Part shown: piece after piece, positions 8,565-16,844 of the stretch
How the letters are laid out: each line of letters opens with the position of its first letter
How positions within the stretch are numbered: position 1 is the stretch's first letter
Source: Acidimicrobiia bacterium UBA6912
GTDB taxonomy: Bacteria; Actinomycetota; Acidimicrobiia; Spongiisociales; UBA5794
Length of the DNA stretch: 43,436 nucleotides
Direction of reading: 5' to 3'
Assembly (NCBI GenBank): GCA_002450985.1
Contig: DKBA01000001.1
Location: 1 to 43,436 of the forward strand
Program-made: the position numbers and the translations under genes
Notes under the pieces: model-generated
Seen by the model: only the letters and a program-made list of their open reading frames with translations
The model's database searches: none
Told to the model about the DNA's origin: nothing

Positions 8565-9470
8565 TCAGCCGTGCGTCCCGGCTCCGGCGGTCGTGGCGAG
8601 GACGGCGGCGACGTGGTCACTCATCGCCCACGTGTAGTGACCGTGATCCGGCCAGACCTCGAGCTGTGCCGCAGGGAGCTGGGCGGCGAGCCACTCACCG
8701 ACCGACGCCGGTACGTTGCGATCCGCCGCGGCGTACCAGAGGCGGGCCTGCGTCGTGATCCGACCGAGATCGAATCCCCACGAGGTGCGATAGAGGCCGG
8801 CCTCGTAGGCGGCGCCGCGCCCGGAACCGACCAATGCCTCGCGAGCGACGCCGAGGAACCAGTCCCTGACGTCGGGCCGAGACATCATCGCTTGGTCGGG
8901 TGCGCTCATCACACGCTGCGCCGCTGCGAAGAAGCGTTCGCTCCGGCCAGTGCGGAGAGCGAGTGCGGCCATCGCGTACTCCAGCCTGCGGAGCAGCGGG
9001 TTCGCCGGGATCCCGGCAATGCCAGGCGATTCGCGCATTCCGGGCGCCTCGATCGGTCCTGATCCGACGACGATCCCGACTCGGGTCACCCGGGCGCCGA
9101 GCAGCAGGGCGCACGCCAGTGCATAGGGGGCGCCGCCGGACGCACCGAGGACCGAGAACCTCCCGATGCCGAGCCTGTCTGCGGCTTCGGCGACATCGCC
9201 CGGCCAATCGAGGATCCGCCGGCCCGGCTGGAACGTGGAGAAGCCGTACCCCGGGCGCTCCAGCACCACCACCCGGGCGGGCACCTGGTGGCGAACGACG
9301 ATGGGCTCTGCCAGCCTCATCTCCAGCCGGCACCCGGGGAAGCCGTGGCAGTAGACGACGGTGGCGGCATCGGGCGATCCCCACTCGGCGTATCCGATGT
9401 GGCGCCCGTCCCCAAGCGCCAACGACCCTTCGATCACGTCCCCACCGTCGTCCGCCGCAGGGTGCTTCAC
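8565..9470 (-). CDS. Alpha/beta-fold hydrolase (301 aa)
   Basis: VVYCHGFPGCRLE (HG oxyanion region), nucleophile elbow SVLGASGGAPYA (GxSxG), C-terminal WPDHGHY (His region). GTG start at 9470. Confidence 0.8.
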   Translation of the reverse strand: MKHPAADDGGDVIEGSLALGDGRHIGYAEWGSPDAATVVYCHGFPGCRLEMRLAEPIVVRHQVPARVVVLERPGYGFSTFQPGRRILDWPGDVAEAADRLGIGRFSVLGASGGAPYALACALLLGARVTRVGIVVGSGPIEAPGMRESPGIAGIPANPLLRRLEYAMAALALRTGRSERFFAAAQRVMSAPDQAMMSRPDVRDWFLGVAREALVGSGRGAAYEAGLYRTSWGFDLGRITTQARLWYAAADRNVPASVGEWLAAQLPAAQLEVWPDHGHYTWAMSDHVAAVLATTAGAGTHG

Positions 9471-9511
9471 CAGAGGCGAACGACCTCACCGACCCCGCGG
9501 CCGAGGCTCGA

Positions 9512-9527
9512 GAGCCCGACCGGGCTC
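9512..9527 (-). terminator. Possible hairpin downstream of the LPXTG gene stop
   Basis: GAGCCCGACCGGGCTC gives a 6-bp GC stem with a 4-nt loop, 25 nt after the stop at 9552. No U-tract follows, so this is weak. Confidence 0.25.
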
Positions 9528-9551
9528 ATCTGCAGCCCAATAGCGACGTGC

Positions 9552-10340
9552 TCAGATGTCGCGGGGCCGCGTCCGCACCTCGATCGCCCATCCGACGAGG
9601 AGCAGGATGCCGCCGATGCCTCCGATGACGCCGAGCGACAGACCGGTCACCGGGAGGATCTCCTCGGTCGCGGTGTCGTCCCCCGGCGGCTCGGAGCCCG
9701 CCGGCGACACCAGCGTGGCGACGGTCGTCGTGGTCGTGTCCGCCAGCGGGCCGGTGGTAGACGAGACCGCGGTCACGACGGTCGTGTCGGTGGCGGGCTG
9801 CTCCTCGGCAACGGTTGTCGTGGTCGCCGGTGGAGCCGCCGGCGGTGGCGTCTCCGGGGCGGTCGTCGTGGTCGTGGTCGTGGTCGTCGTGGTCTCGGGC
9901 GGGGTGACGCCACCGGGCGTCGGTGGTGGGGTCGGCGGCGTGTCACACCGGGTCGGCGTGACCGGCGAGACCCAGACGGTCGCACCGTTGAGGAGTACCG
10001 ACCATGTGATGTCACCGTCGATGCCGAGGGCGGCGCCCTCGATCATGCAGTGAATCTGGACCATGTGCGGCACGCCGTCGCGAGCGGTCACTTCACATCC
10101 GCTCGAGGTGACGTCGACGACGGCTCCTGTGGTCACGTCGGTGACCACCACCTGGATCGTTTCCACCGACCAGCCGTCGGCCGTCGAGAAATCGCCGGCC
10201 ATCCCGGCACAGCCGGTCGTCCCGTGGTCGCAATCGAGGCGTGCCTCCGGACTTCGTGCTGCTTCCGCATCGGCGACCTGCAGGACGCCGAGAACGATGA
10301 CGACTATCAGACCGATCGCGGTCGTGATCTTCCTGGCCAT
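9552..10340 (-). CDS. Secreted, LPXTG cell-wall-anchored protein with Thr/Pro-rich stalk (262 aa)
   Basis: Signal-peptide-like MARKITTAIGLIVVIVLGVLQVADA, a roughly 100-aa Cys-containing domain, then a T/P-rich linker including T11. Sorting signal is LPVTG, a hydrophobic segment (LSLGVIGGIGGILLLVGWAI) and a basic tail (RTRPRDI). Start ATG 10340 is preceded by GGGAGAGG; track start 10370 is 10 codons further upstream. Confidence 0.8.
   Translation of the reverse strand: MARKITTAIGLIVVIVLGVLQVADAEAARSPEARLDCDHGTTGCAGMAGDFSTADGWSVETIQVVVTDVTTGAVVDVTSSGCEVTARDGVPHMVQIHCMIEGAALGIDGDITWSVLLNGATVWVSPVTPTRCDTPPTPPPTPGGVTPPETTTTTTTTTTTAPETPPPAAPPATTTTVAEEQPATDTTVVTAVSSTTGPLADTTTTTVATLVSPAGSEPPGDDTATEEILPVTGLSLGVIGGIGGILLLVGWAIEVRTRPRDI
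9861..9893 (-). repeat. Eleven consecutive Thr codons (ACC/ACG) forming a (GGT/CGT)11 trinucleotide tract inside the LPXTG gene
   Basis: Read directly: ggtcgtcgtggtcgtggtcgtggtcgtcgtggt on the plus strand, encoding T11 on the minus strand. Confidence 0.9.
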
Positions 10341-10647
10341 GAGCCTCTCCCGTGCTCGTGACAGGCCCACCTGTGACTCCGTCTCGCCCGCCTGCCAACG
10401 GCGAGCCGGAGGTTCTCGGAACCCGGATCCGAAGGGCGGCTGAGAAGTCGGGTTCGTCCCCCGGCCTCGGCCCGCCTCGGCGGTCAGGCTCTCTGTACAC
10501 CGAACCTTGTCATAGGTCTACGCCTTCTTCGCGGCAATTCCGTCGGTCGATCGACCCATTTCTCTCCAGGCCGTTTTCGACGCCAATTCGAGCGCGGGAA
10601 CGACCGTGAGATACGAGAAGTTGCGTCGCGGTCGTCTGGCGTCGCGC

Positions 10648-11466
10648 TCAGGCGTCGATGTCGCACCACAGCGGCTGGTGGTCCGACCCGGCCGCCTCGC
10701 CGTCTACCCAGGCTGCGCGGAGGCGCGGGACGAGATCGGAGGTGACCCACGCCTGGTCGATGCGTGCCCCATCCTTGGTCGCACCCGAACCCGTTCCCGC
10801 GTGGGGCCACACGTCGACGAACGGGCTGGTGCCTCTGCCGATGCTGGTCTGGTACTCGCGATCGCCTGGCGCGAAGTTGAAGTCGCCGAGCACGACCACC
10901 GACCGGGGCATCGCGGGCTCGCTCCCGAGCTGCCAGCCGCCCCCATGGGGGTGCTCGCCGGTCCAGCCGCCGCCGTCGCGACAGGCTTCTGCATGCCGTC
11001 GCTCCAGCTCGGCCACCTGGGCGATTCGAGTCGGAGCGGACACGTAGCAGAGATGCGTCGAGACGACCCGGACCGCCTGCGACTCGCCGGTGATCACGGC
11101 TTCGAGGGCGCCGCGGCGCATCGACTGCGGCGACGCCGGGAGCCGGGGAAGGGGATGGTTCTCCGAGGCGAGGATCGGACGCCTGGCGAGGATCATGTTG
11201 CCGAACTGGCGCCGACGTCCGGCGCTCTCGCCGGGGAAGGTGGCGGGGGAGTGGAGGTCGATGTTCGGTCCGTACACCCACCAGTACTCGGGGAGGCGCT
11301 TGCCCAGCTCGACCGGCTGATCCACCATCCCCGACCGTGGCCAGAAGCGCTCTACCTCTTGGAGGGCGATGACATCGGCGCCGTCCACGGCGCCGGCGAT
11401 ACGGTCGAGGTCGTGGTAGCCGTCGCGGCCGACGCCGAAGTGGATGTTGTAGGTGACGAACCGCAT
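10648..11466 (-). CDS. Endonuclease/exonuclease/phosphatase (EEP) family protein, cytoplasmic (272 aa)
   Basis: MRFVTYNIHFG, VIALQEV, VVLGDFNF, GSDHQPLW. No signal peptide. The track ORF start at 11586 adds 40 implausible residues; ATG 11466 is chosen. Confidence 0.8.
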   Translation of the reverse strand: MRFVTYNIHFGVGRDGYHDLDRIAGAVDGADVIALQEVERFWPRSGMVDQPVELGKRLPEYWWVYGPNIDLHSPATFPGESAGRRRQFGNMILARRPILASENHPLPRLPASPQSMRRGALEAVITGESQAVRVVSTHLCYVSAPTRIAQVAELERRHAEACRDGGGWTGEHPHGGGWQLGSEPAMPRSVVVLGDFNFAPGDREYQTSIGRGTSPFVDVWPHAGTGSGATKDGARIDQAWVTSDLVPRLRAAWVDGEAAGSDHQPLWCDIDA

Positions 11467-11641
11467 GATGTCCTGGCTCGAATGGTCGTGTGGTCGCGCG
11501 TTCTCCACCTGAAGTGGCGGAGGACACCGTGTGAACTGTCGGCAGCTCGCCACGGAACGGAAACGGTAGGTGTGTCGTCGCCGCAACCAGGGTCATTCGG
11601 CACGTGACGGGGGGACACCGCTCCGGTAGGTTGCCGCCACG

Positions 11642-12835
11642 ATGCGCATCACGATCCTGTCGCTGAACCGGGGCCGGGGGAGTGGAGAGGTGATGCGCGC
11701 CCACGCCGTCGAGCTGATGCGGCACGGCCACGACGTGCAGCTCCTCTACCCGCTGATGGACGACGGGGTGGCAGGCGCCGACAACCGTGACGTGCCGCTC
11801 CACTCTCCCGTACTGCCGGTCCACGAGTATCTCCCCGACGCACGAGTGGAGCAGCGTCAGGTCGCCGCGATGGACACCGCGGAGGCGCTCGCGTATGCGG
11901 CCGACTACACCGCAGCGCTCGCGAACGCCACCTCGGACGCAGAGCTCATCGTCGGTCATCATGCCAACATCTCGGCGGTCGCCGTCTCTCGGGTGGCGCT
12001 GCGGCGCGGGATCCCGTACGTCATCTTCGTGCACGGCACCGGCATCGAGCCGATGCACCGCGGCGGCTACAGCCGGCCGGTGTGGGCGCAGATCGACGCC
12101 GCGCTGCGCCACGCCGCCGGGATCATCGTCACCACCACCTACGTGCGAGACCGGCTGGTGCGTCCGGTTGTCGACGTGCCGCCTGATCGTTTCCTGGTGC
12201 TGCCGTGCGGTGTCGATCTCGCCGAGCTCCACCCAGACCGTGGCGGGGAGGTACGCAGCAAGTACGGGCTGCCCGAGCGGTTCGTCATCTCCCCGGGCGC
12301 CGTCACCTGGCTCAAGGGGGCGCACAACGTCGTGAGGGCGTCGGAGCGCTACGGCGAGCTGGCGCCTACGGTGTTCATCGGCGACGGCGGGCTCCGCACC
12401 GAGCTCGAGCCCAGACTCGGACGGCGCGGGCGTTTCCTCGGCTACGTGTCGAACGAGGACAAGGCGGCGCTGATCAACAGCGCATCCTTGCTCGTGGCCG
12501 CACCCGAGAAGAAGGAGCACTTCGGGATCATCTACGTGGAGGGGCTCGCCGCAGGAACGGTCCCCGTCGCCTACCAGGGCGGGGGCGTCGACAGCGTCGT
12601 CACGCCCGAGGTCGGGGTGCTCACGCCGCGGGATCCCGACGTGCTCGGCGATGCTGTGGCCGGGCTCCTCAGCGACCCGGTGAGAATGGCGGGACTCGCC
12701 GCGGCGGGCCGCATCCGGGCGGAGTCGCAGTACGACGCCACACGGCTCGGCAACCGGCTCGTCGAGTGGCTCGGCGACGTTGTGAAGGGTTGGACCGGCG
12801 ACGCGGCGGCCCCGATGCCTACGGTGGTGGGATGA
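11642..12835 (+). CDS. GT4-type (group 1) glycosyltransferase (397 aa)
   Basis: MRITILSLNRGRGSGEV...GHDVQLLYP N-terminal Rossmann half. C-terminal EHFGIIYVEGLAAGTVPVA (E-x7-E region). Confidence 0.85.
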   Translation: MRITILSLNRGRGSGEVMRAHAVELMRHGHDVQLLYPLMDDGVAGADNRDVPLHSPVLPVHEYLPDARVEQRQVAAMDTAEALAYAADYTAALANATSDAELIVGHHANISAVAVSRVALRRGIPYVIFVHGTGIEPMHRGGYSRPVWAQIDAALRHAAGIIVTTTYVRDRLVRPVVDVPPDRFLVLPCGVDLAELHPDRGGEVRSKYGLPERFVISPGAVTWLKGAHNVVRASERYGELAPTVFIGDGGLRTELEPRLGRRGRFLGYVSNEDKAALINSASLLVAAPEKKEHFGIIYVEGLAAGTVPVAYQGGGVDSVVTPEVGVLTPRDPDVLGDAVAGLLSDPVRMAGLAAAGRIRAESQYDATRLGNRLVEWLGDVVKGWTGDAAAPMPTVVG

Positions 12836-13569
12836 GCGACACGGCGCCCACCCCGTTTGCCGATGCCCGAGACGAGGCGGCGGTGTTGGCCGAGCTGGAA
12901 CGACTGGTCGCCGCCGACCGCCTCGTCGGACATGGCGAGGCGTTCCTGGTTCGGGCCAACGGCATCGTCGATGCCTTCCTGACGACGGGCATGCTCTCGA
13001 TCGCCGACGACCCGTTCGGCGGGAAGGATGCCGAGCTCCTGGCCGACACCCACGCCTACTACTTGATGTTGTGGCGGCTCTTCGACCGGACGCCGGCCTC
13101 GATGATGGCGGACTTCGCCATCAGGGTACGGCGCATCCTGGCTCGCCGTGTGCTCGCCGCGGTCGGTGACGACGTCATCTTCCACCACGACGTGTACATC
13201 CTCTCGGGCCGCAACACGTCGCTCGGGAACGGCGTGTTCGTCAACCGGGGCTCGACGCTCGACGACCGCGGTCCGATCACCGTCGGCGACCATACGATGA
13301 TCGCCGCAGGGGCGATCCTCACCACGCACGGTCACATTCTCGACGACTTCTCGAAGCCGCTGCCGTTCGGGGGGCGGACGATGGCGCCGATCACGATCGG
13401 CTCCAACTCGGTGGTGGGCTACAACTCGATCGTGATGCCGGGCGTCACCATCGGCGATCGGGTGATCGTTGCCGCCAACAGCGTCGTGACCAAGGACATC
13501 CCGGACCGCTGGGTCGTCGGCGGCATCCCCGCGACGAAGATCAAGGAGCTCGTGCCCCGCGAGCAGTGA
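12832..13569 (+). CDS. Left-handed beta-helix (hexapeptide-repeat) acyl/acetyltransferase (245 aa)
   Basis: ITIGSNSVVGYNSIVMPGVTIGDRVIVAANSVVTKDIP hexapeptide repeats. ATG 12832 overlaps the GT4 stop (ATGA at 12832-12835). The upstream part of track ORF 12205..13569 is off-frame GT4 sequence. Confidence 0.8.
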   Translation: MSDTAPTPFADARDEAAVLAELERLVAADRLVGHGEAFLVRANGIVDAFLTTGMLSIADDPFGGKDAELLADTHAYYLMLWRLFDRTPASMMADFAIRVRRILARRVLAAVGDDVIFHHDVYILSGRNTSLGNGVFVNRGSTLDDRGPITVGDHTMIAAGAILTTHGHILDDFSKPLPFGGRTMAPITIGSNSVVGYNSIVMPGVTIGDRVIVAANSVVTKDIPDRWVVGGIPATKIKELVPREQ

Positions 13570-13591
13570 GCGAAGGCCAGCCCACGGTCGC

Positions 13592-14329
13592 TCAGGCGAA
13601 CAGCGCCCCGTACGAGTTGGTGTAGTGCGGGGTGAGTCCGGCGGACTCGATGCGGCCGAGATGCGCGAACCGGAAGCGGACGTCGTCGATGGCGACCCGC
13701 CACGCCGAGGCGTCGACGTGCATCCTCCGGTCGTGGTCGAAGTACACCATCCGACCCACGTGCCGGTATCCCTGGACGAGTAGCGGCACCCGGGTGACGA
13801 GGTCGATGTGATTGACGACACGGAAGGTGACGTCGCGCAGCCGGGCGTCGTACGCCGCGCGGAAGTCGGCCTTCCCGATCCGGGGCTGCCCGTAGGTGTA
13901 CACCCCGGTGACGGTACCTCCCGCCTCGATCACCCGCGCTGCGGCGAGGACCGTCAGCGCTGCGCCGAGGCTGTGTCCGGCCAGCCACAGCGCACGGTCG
14001 CCGATGGCGGCCAGGGCGTCGCCGACGTTCGGCCAGACGAGGTCGAGTGCCTCGTGGAACCCGGAGTGCACCATGCCGCCCAGCTCGCCCTGCCGCGGTC
14101 CGAAGCGTGCGTCGGCGATCCAGTCCCTCGGGTCGGCCTCAGTACCGCGAAACGCCACGAACAGACGCGCGTCGTCGCCGCACGCGATCGCCTGGGTGCC
14201 GCCCGCACTGAAGAACACGGGGTCCCGCAATGCGAGCGCCGAGATACCGCTGCGCGCCGCGACCTCGGGCTCGTAGGCGATACGGGACAGCTCGAGCAGG
14301 TTCTTGGCGACCGTGCTGTCGAAGTTCAT
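13592..14329 (-). CDS. Class-3 (fungal-type) lipase family protein (245 aa)
   Basis: LFVAFRGTE, LWLAGHSLGAALT (GHSLG nucleophile), YTYGQPRIG, NHIDLVTRVP. Start ATG 14329 with GGGGAGA SD. No signal peptide. Confidence 0.8.
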   Translation of the reverse strand: MNFDSTVAKNLLELSRIAYEPEVAARSGISALALRDPVFFSAGGTQAIACGDDARLFVAFRGTEADPRDWIADARFGPRQGELGGMVHSGFHEALDLVWPNVGDALAAIGDRALWLAGHSLGAALTVLAAARVIEAGGTVTGVYTYGQPRIGKADFRAAYDARLRDVTFRVVNHIDLVTRVPLLVQGYRHVGRMVYFDHDRRMHVDASAWRVAIDDVRFRFAHLGRIESAGLTPHYTNSYGALFA

Positions 14330-14444
14330 GCGTCTCCCCTCGCTACGGCCCCCTCGCTCGAACGAGGCCGCATGCCAAGGATCGCACACGCTTCGTCGAT
14401 CCGGCGTGCGAGCTCCAGGGAGGGGGCCGGTCGGGCGTTAGCCT

Positions 14445-16082
14445 GTGGTGCCGATGTCCAGCCAACCCTGGTGGCGCACCGCCGCCATCTATCAGGTCTA
14501 CATACGATCGTTTGCCGATGGGAACGGCGACGGGACCGGCGATATCGCCGGGTTGCGCTCCCGACTGCCGTATCTCGCCGCCCTCGGGGTCGATGCGATC
14601 TGGATCAATCCGTGGTACCGGTCGCCACTCAACGACGGGGGCTACGACGTCGCCGACTACCGCGACATCGACCCTCGCTTCGGCACGCTCGACGAGGCGA
14701 CGAGCCTCATCGCCGATGCCGAGCGTCACGGGCTGCGAGTGATCCTCGACCTCGTCCCCAACCACACATCGCACCGGCACCGGTGGTTCGAGGAGGCGCT
14801 CGCCGCGCCCCCGGGAAGCCCGGCGCGCGCCAGGTACCACTTCCGACGGGGAAAGGGCAGGCAGGGGACCGCGCCGCCGACGGATTGGCGCAGTGTGTTC
14901 GGGGGACCGGCGTGGACCCCTCTCGGCGATGGTGACTGGTACCTCCACCTCTTCGATCCCACCCAGCCCGACCTCAACTGGGCAAACCCCGAGGTCCGGG
15001 CGGAGATCGAGGACGTCATCCGCTTCTGGCTCGCCCGCGGCGCCACCGGGTTCCGGGTCGACGTCGCCCACAGCCTCGTCAAGGACCCTGCGTATCCCGA
15101 CGTCGGCGATGAGGAGGAGGCGCTGCTCGTCGCCCACGACGAGAGCAATCACCCCTTCTGGGACCGGCCGGAGATCCACGAGATCGCGAGGGAATGGCGG
15201 GCGATCCTCGACGGGCACGGCGACCACACGATGATGGTCGCCGAGGCGTGGGTGGCATCGCTCGCTCGCCTCGTCGCGTACCTGCGGCAGGGCGAGTATC
15301 ACCAGGCATTCGACTTCGCCTTCCTCGAGACGGAGTGGGACGCCGCGGCGATGCGCGAGGTCATCGCCGCGTCGCTCGCGGCGACGGCGACGGTCGGCTC
15401 CGTGCCCACCTGGGTGCTCTCGAACCACGATGTCGTGCGCCACGCCACCCGATACGGGCTGCCCGGCGACGTCTCTGCCAAGGCCTGGCTGCTCGACGGC
15501 GACGGGACGGACTACGACCCCGCCCTCGGGTTGCGCAGGGCCCGGGCGGCGACGCTGCTCATGCTCGCGCTCCCCGGCTCTGCCTATCTCTACCAGGGGG
15601 AGGAGCTCGGCCTCGCGGAGGTGTACGACCTCCCCGCCGCCGTGCTCGACGATCCGGTGTGGATTCGGTCGGGTCACACGGAGAAGGGCAGGGATGGGTG
15701 CCGGGTCCCGCTCCCGTGGACCGTGGCCGGGCCCTCCTTCGGGTTCGGTGACGGCGGTGCGTGGCTGCCGCAGCCGAGCGGTTGGGGAGCGCGGTCGGTG
15801 GAGGCGCAGCGCGGCCGTCCCGGGTCCACGCTGGAGATGTACCGGCAGGCCCTGGCGTTGCGGACGGCGTGGCTGCGCGACGACGTCGACCTCACATGGG
15901 AAGACCGCGATGCGGAGGTTGTCGCCTTCCGGCGCGCCTCGGGTCTGCGGTGCCTCGTCAACTTCGGCGAGGCCGGTCACCCGATACCGCCGGGGAAGGT
16001 CGTGGTGGCGAGCGGTCCGCTCGATGGCGACAGGCTGCCTCCCGACACGGCGGTGTGGGTGACCGAGGGTCAAAGGCGATAG
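14445..16082 (+). CDS. GH13 alpha-glucosidase / oligo-1,6-glucosidase-type enzyme (about 545 aa)
   Basis: WWRTAAIYQVYIRSFADGNGDGTGDIAG. GH13 conserved regions DLVPNHTS, GFRVDVAHSL, MMVAEAW, LSNHDV. Start GTG 14445 or ATG 14454. Confidence 0.9.
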   Translation: MVPMSSQPWWRTAAIYQVYIRSFADGNGDGTGDIAGLRSRLPYLAALGVDAIWINPWYRSPLNDGGYDVADYRDIDPRFGTLDEATSLIADAERHGLRVILDLVPNHTSHRHRWFEEALAAPPGSPARARYHFRRGKGRQGTAPPTDWRSVFGGPAWTPLGDGDWYLHLFDPTQPDLNWANPEVRAEIEDVIRFWLARGATGFRVDVAHSLVKDPAYPDVGDEEEALLVAHDESNHPFWDRPEIHEIAREWRAILDGHGDHTMMVAEAWVASLARLVAYLRQGEYHQAFDFAFLETEWDAAAMREVIAASLAATATVGSVPTWVLSNHDVVRHATRYGLPGDVSAKAWLLDGDGTDYDPALGLRRARAATLLMLALPGSAYLYQGEELGLAEVYDLPAAVLDDPVWIRSGHTEKGRDGCRVPLPWTVAGPSFGFGDGGAWLPQPSGWGARSVEAQRGRPGSTLEMYRQALALRTAWLRDDVDLTWEDRDAEVVAFRRASGLRCLVNFGEAGHPIPPGKVVVASGPLDGDRLPPDTAVWVTEGQRR

Positions 16083-16130
16083 CCTGACCTGGCCGGTCCG
16101 CATGCACGCCGAGGACAGGAGACGTTGCCC

Positions 16131-16844
16131 ATGATCGAGGTGCCGAGCCTTCGGGCCGAGACCCGCTACGGCATGCCGAATGCCGATCTCCTTCTCTTCA
16201 ATCGCCACTACATCATCGGCTACTCCTTCCTGATGCGGCAGCCGCGGTGGGCGATGGAGGTGATCGACCCGGACACGGCGCTCATCGGCTCGGTTCGCGC
16301 CGACAGCTTCAGGCCGGACTTCCGGGTGCCGGAGCAGTGGCGCGTCGATCTGGAGGACTACGTGAAGTCCGGGTACGACCGCGGCCACCTGATCTCGAGT
16401 GCCGATCGCCGGGCGACCGACATCGCCAACAGCGAGACGTTCCTCATGTCGAACATGGCGCCGCAGAAACCGGGCTTCAATCGCGGGATCTGGAAGGAGC
16501 TCGAGACGGCGGTCCGATCGCTCGCCTCTCGTGACGAGGTCCTCGAGGTCTACACGATCTGCGGCCCGCTGTTCCACTTCAAACGTGAGGTCGAGAAGCT
16601 CGGCGTCGACGTGGCCGTGCCTCACGGCTTCTTCAAGTCTGTGCTGGCGGAGGATCGCCGGGGAGGTCTCAAGCTGTGGACCTTCGCCATCGCAAACACC
16701 GAGACGCCGAGCAAGCCGCTTCGGGAGATGCTCAAGCCGACGGTCGACGTGGAGGCATGGACCGGGCTCCCCCTGTGGGATCGGCTGCGCGGAGCGAACG
16801 TGGACCGAATGAAGCGCAACAGAGGGAGGATGTGGGCGCAGTGA
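16131..16844 (+). CDS. DNA/RNA non-specific endonuclease (NucA/EndoG beta-beta-alpha-Me family), no signal peptide (237 aa)
   Basis: GYDRGHLISSADR (DRGH motif), FLMSNMAPQKPGFNRGIWKELE. ATG 16131 with GGAGA upstream; track start TTG 16125. The conserved core starts within about 20 residues of the N-terminus. Confidence 0.85.
   Translation: MIEVPSLRAETRYGMPNADLLLFNRHYIIGYSFLMRQPRWAMEVIDPDTALIGSVRADSFRPDFRVPEQWRVDLEDYVKSGYDRGHLISSADRRATDIANSETFLMSNMAPQKPGFNRGIWKELETAVRSLASRDEVLEVYTICGPLFHFKREVEKLGVDVAVPHGFFKSVLAEDRRGGLKLWTFAIANTETPSKPLREMLKPTVDVEAWTGLPLWDRLRGANVDRMKRNRGRMWAQ

Noticed and set aside
8565-8567. TGA of the alpha/beta hydrolase as a possible selenocysteine or programmed readthrough codon, because the frame stays open for 95 more codons
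   Set aside because: The hydrolase is already full-length at this stop. The first roughly 45 downstream codons are Arg/Pro-rich and non-protein-like. I see no SECIS-like stem-loop immediately 3' of the TGA. It is kept only as a cryptic-ORF or remnant observation.
10448-10466. tRNA T-arm-like string cgggttcgtcccccgg in the long intergenic region
   Set aside because: The flanking stems do not pair (tcggg versus cccgg is mismatched). There is no D-arm, anticodon arm or acceptor stem in the preceding 60 nt.
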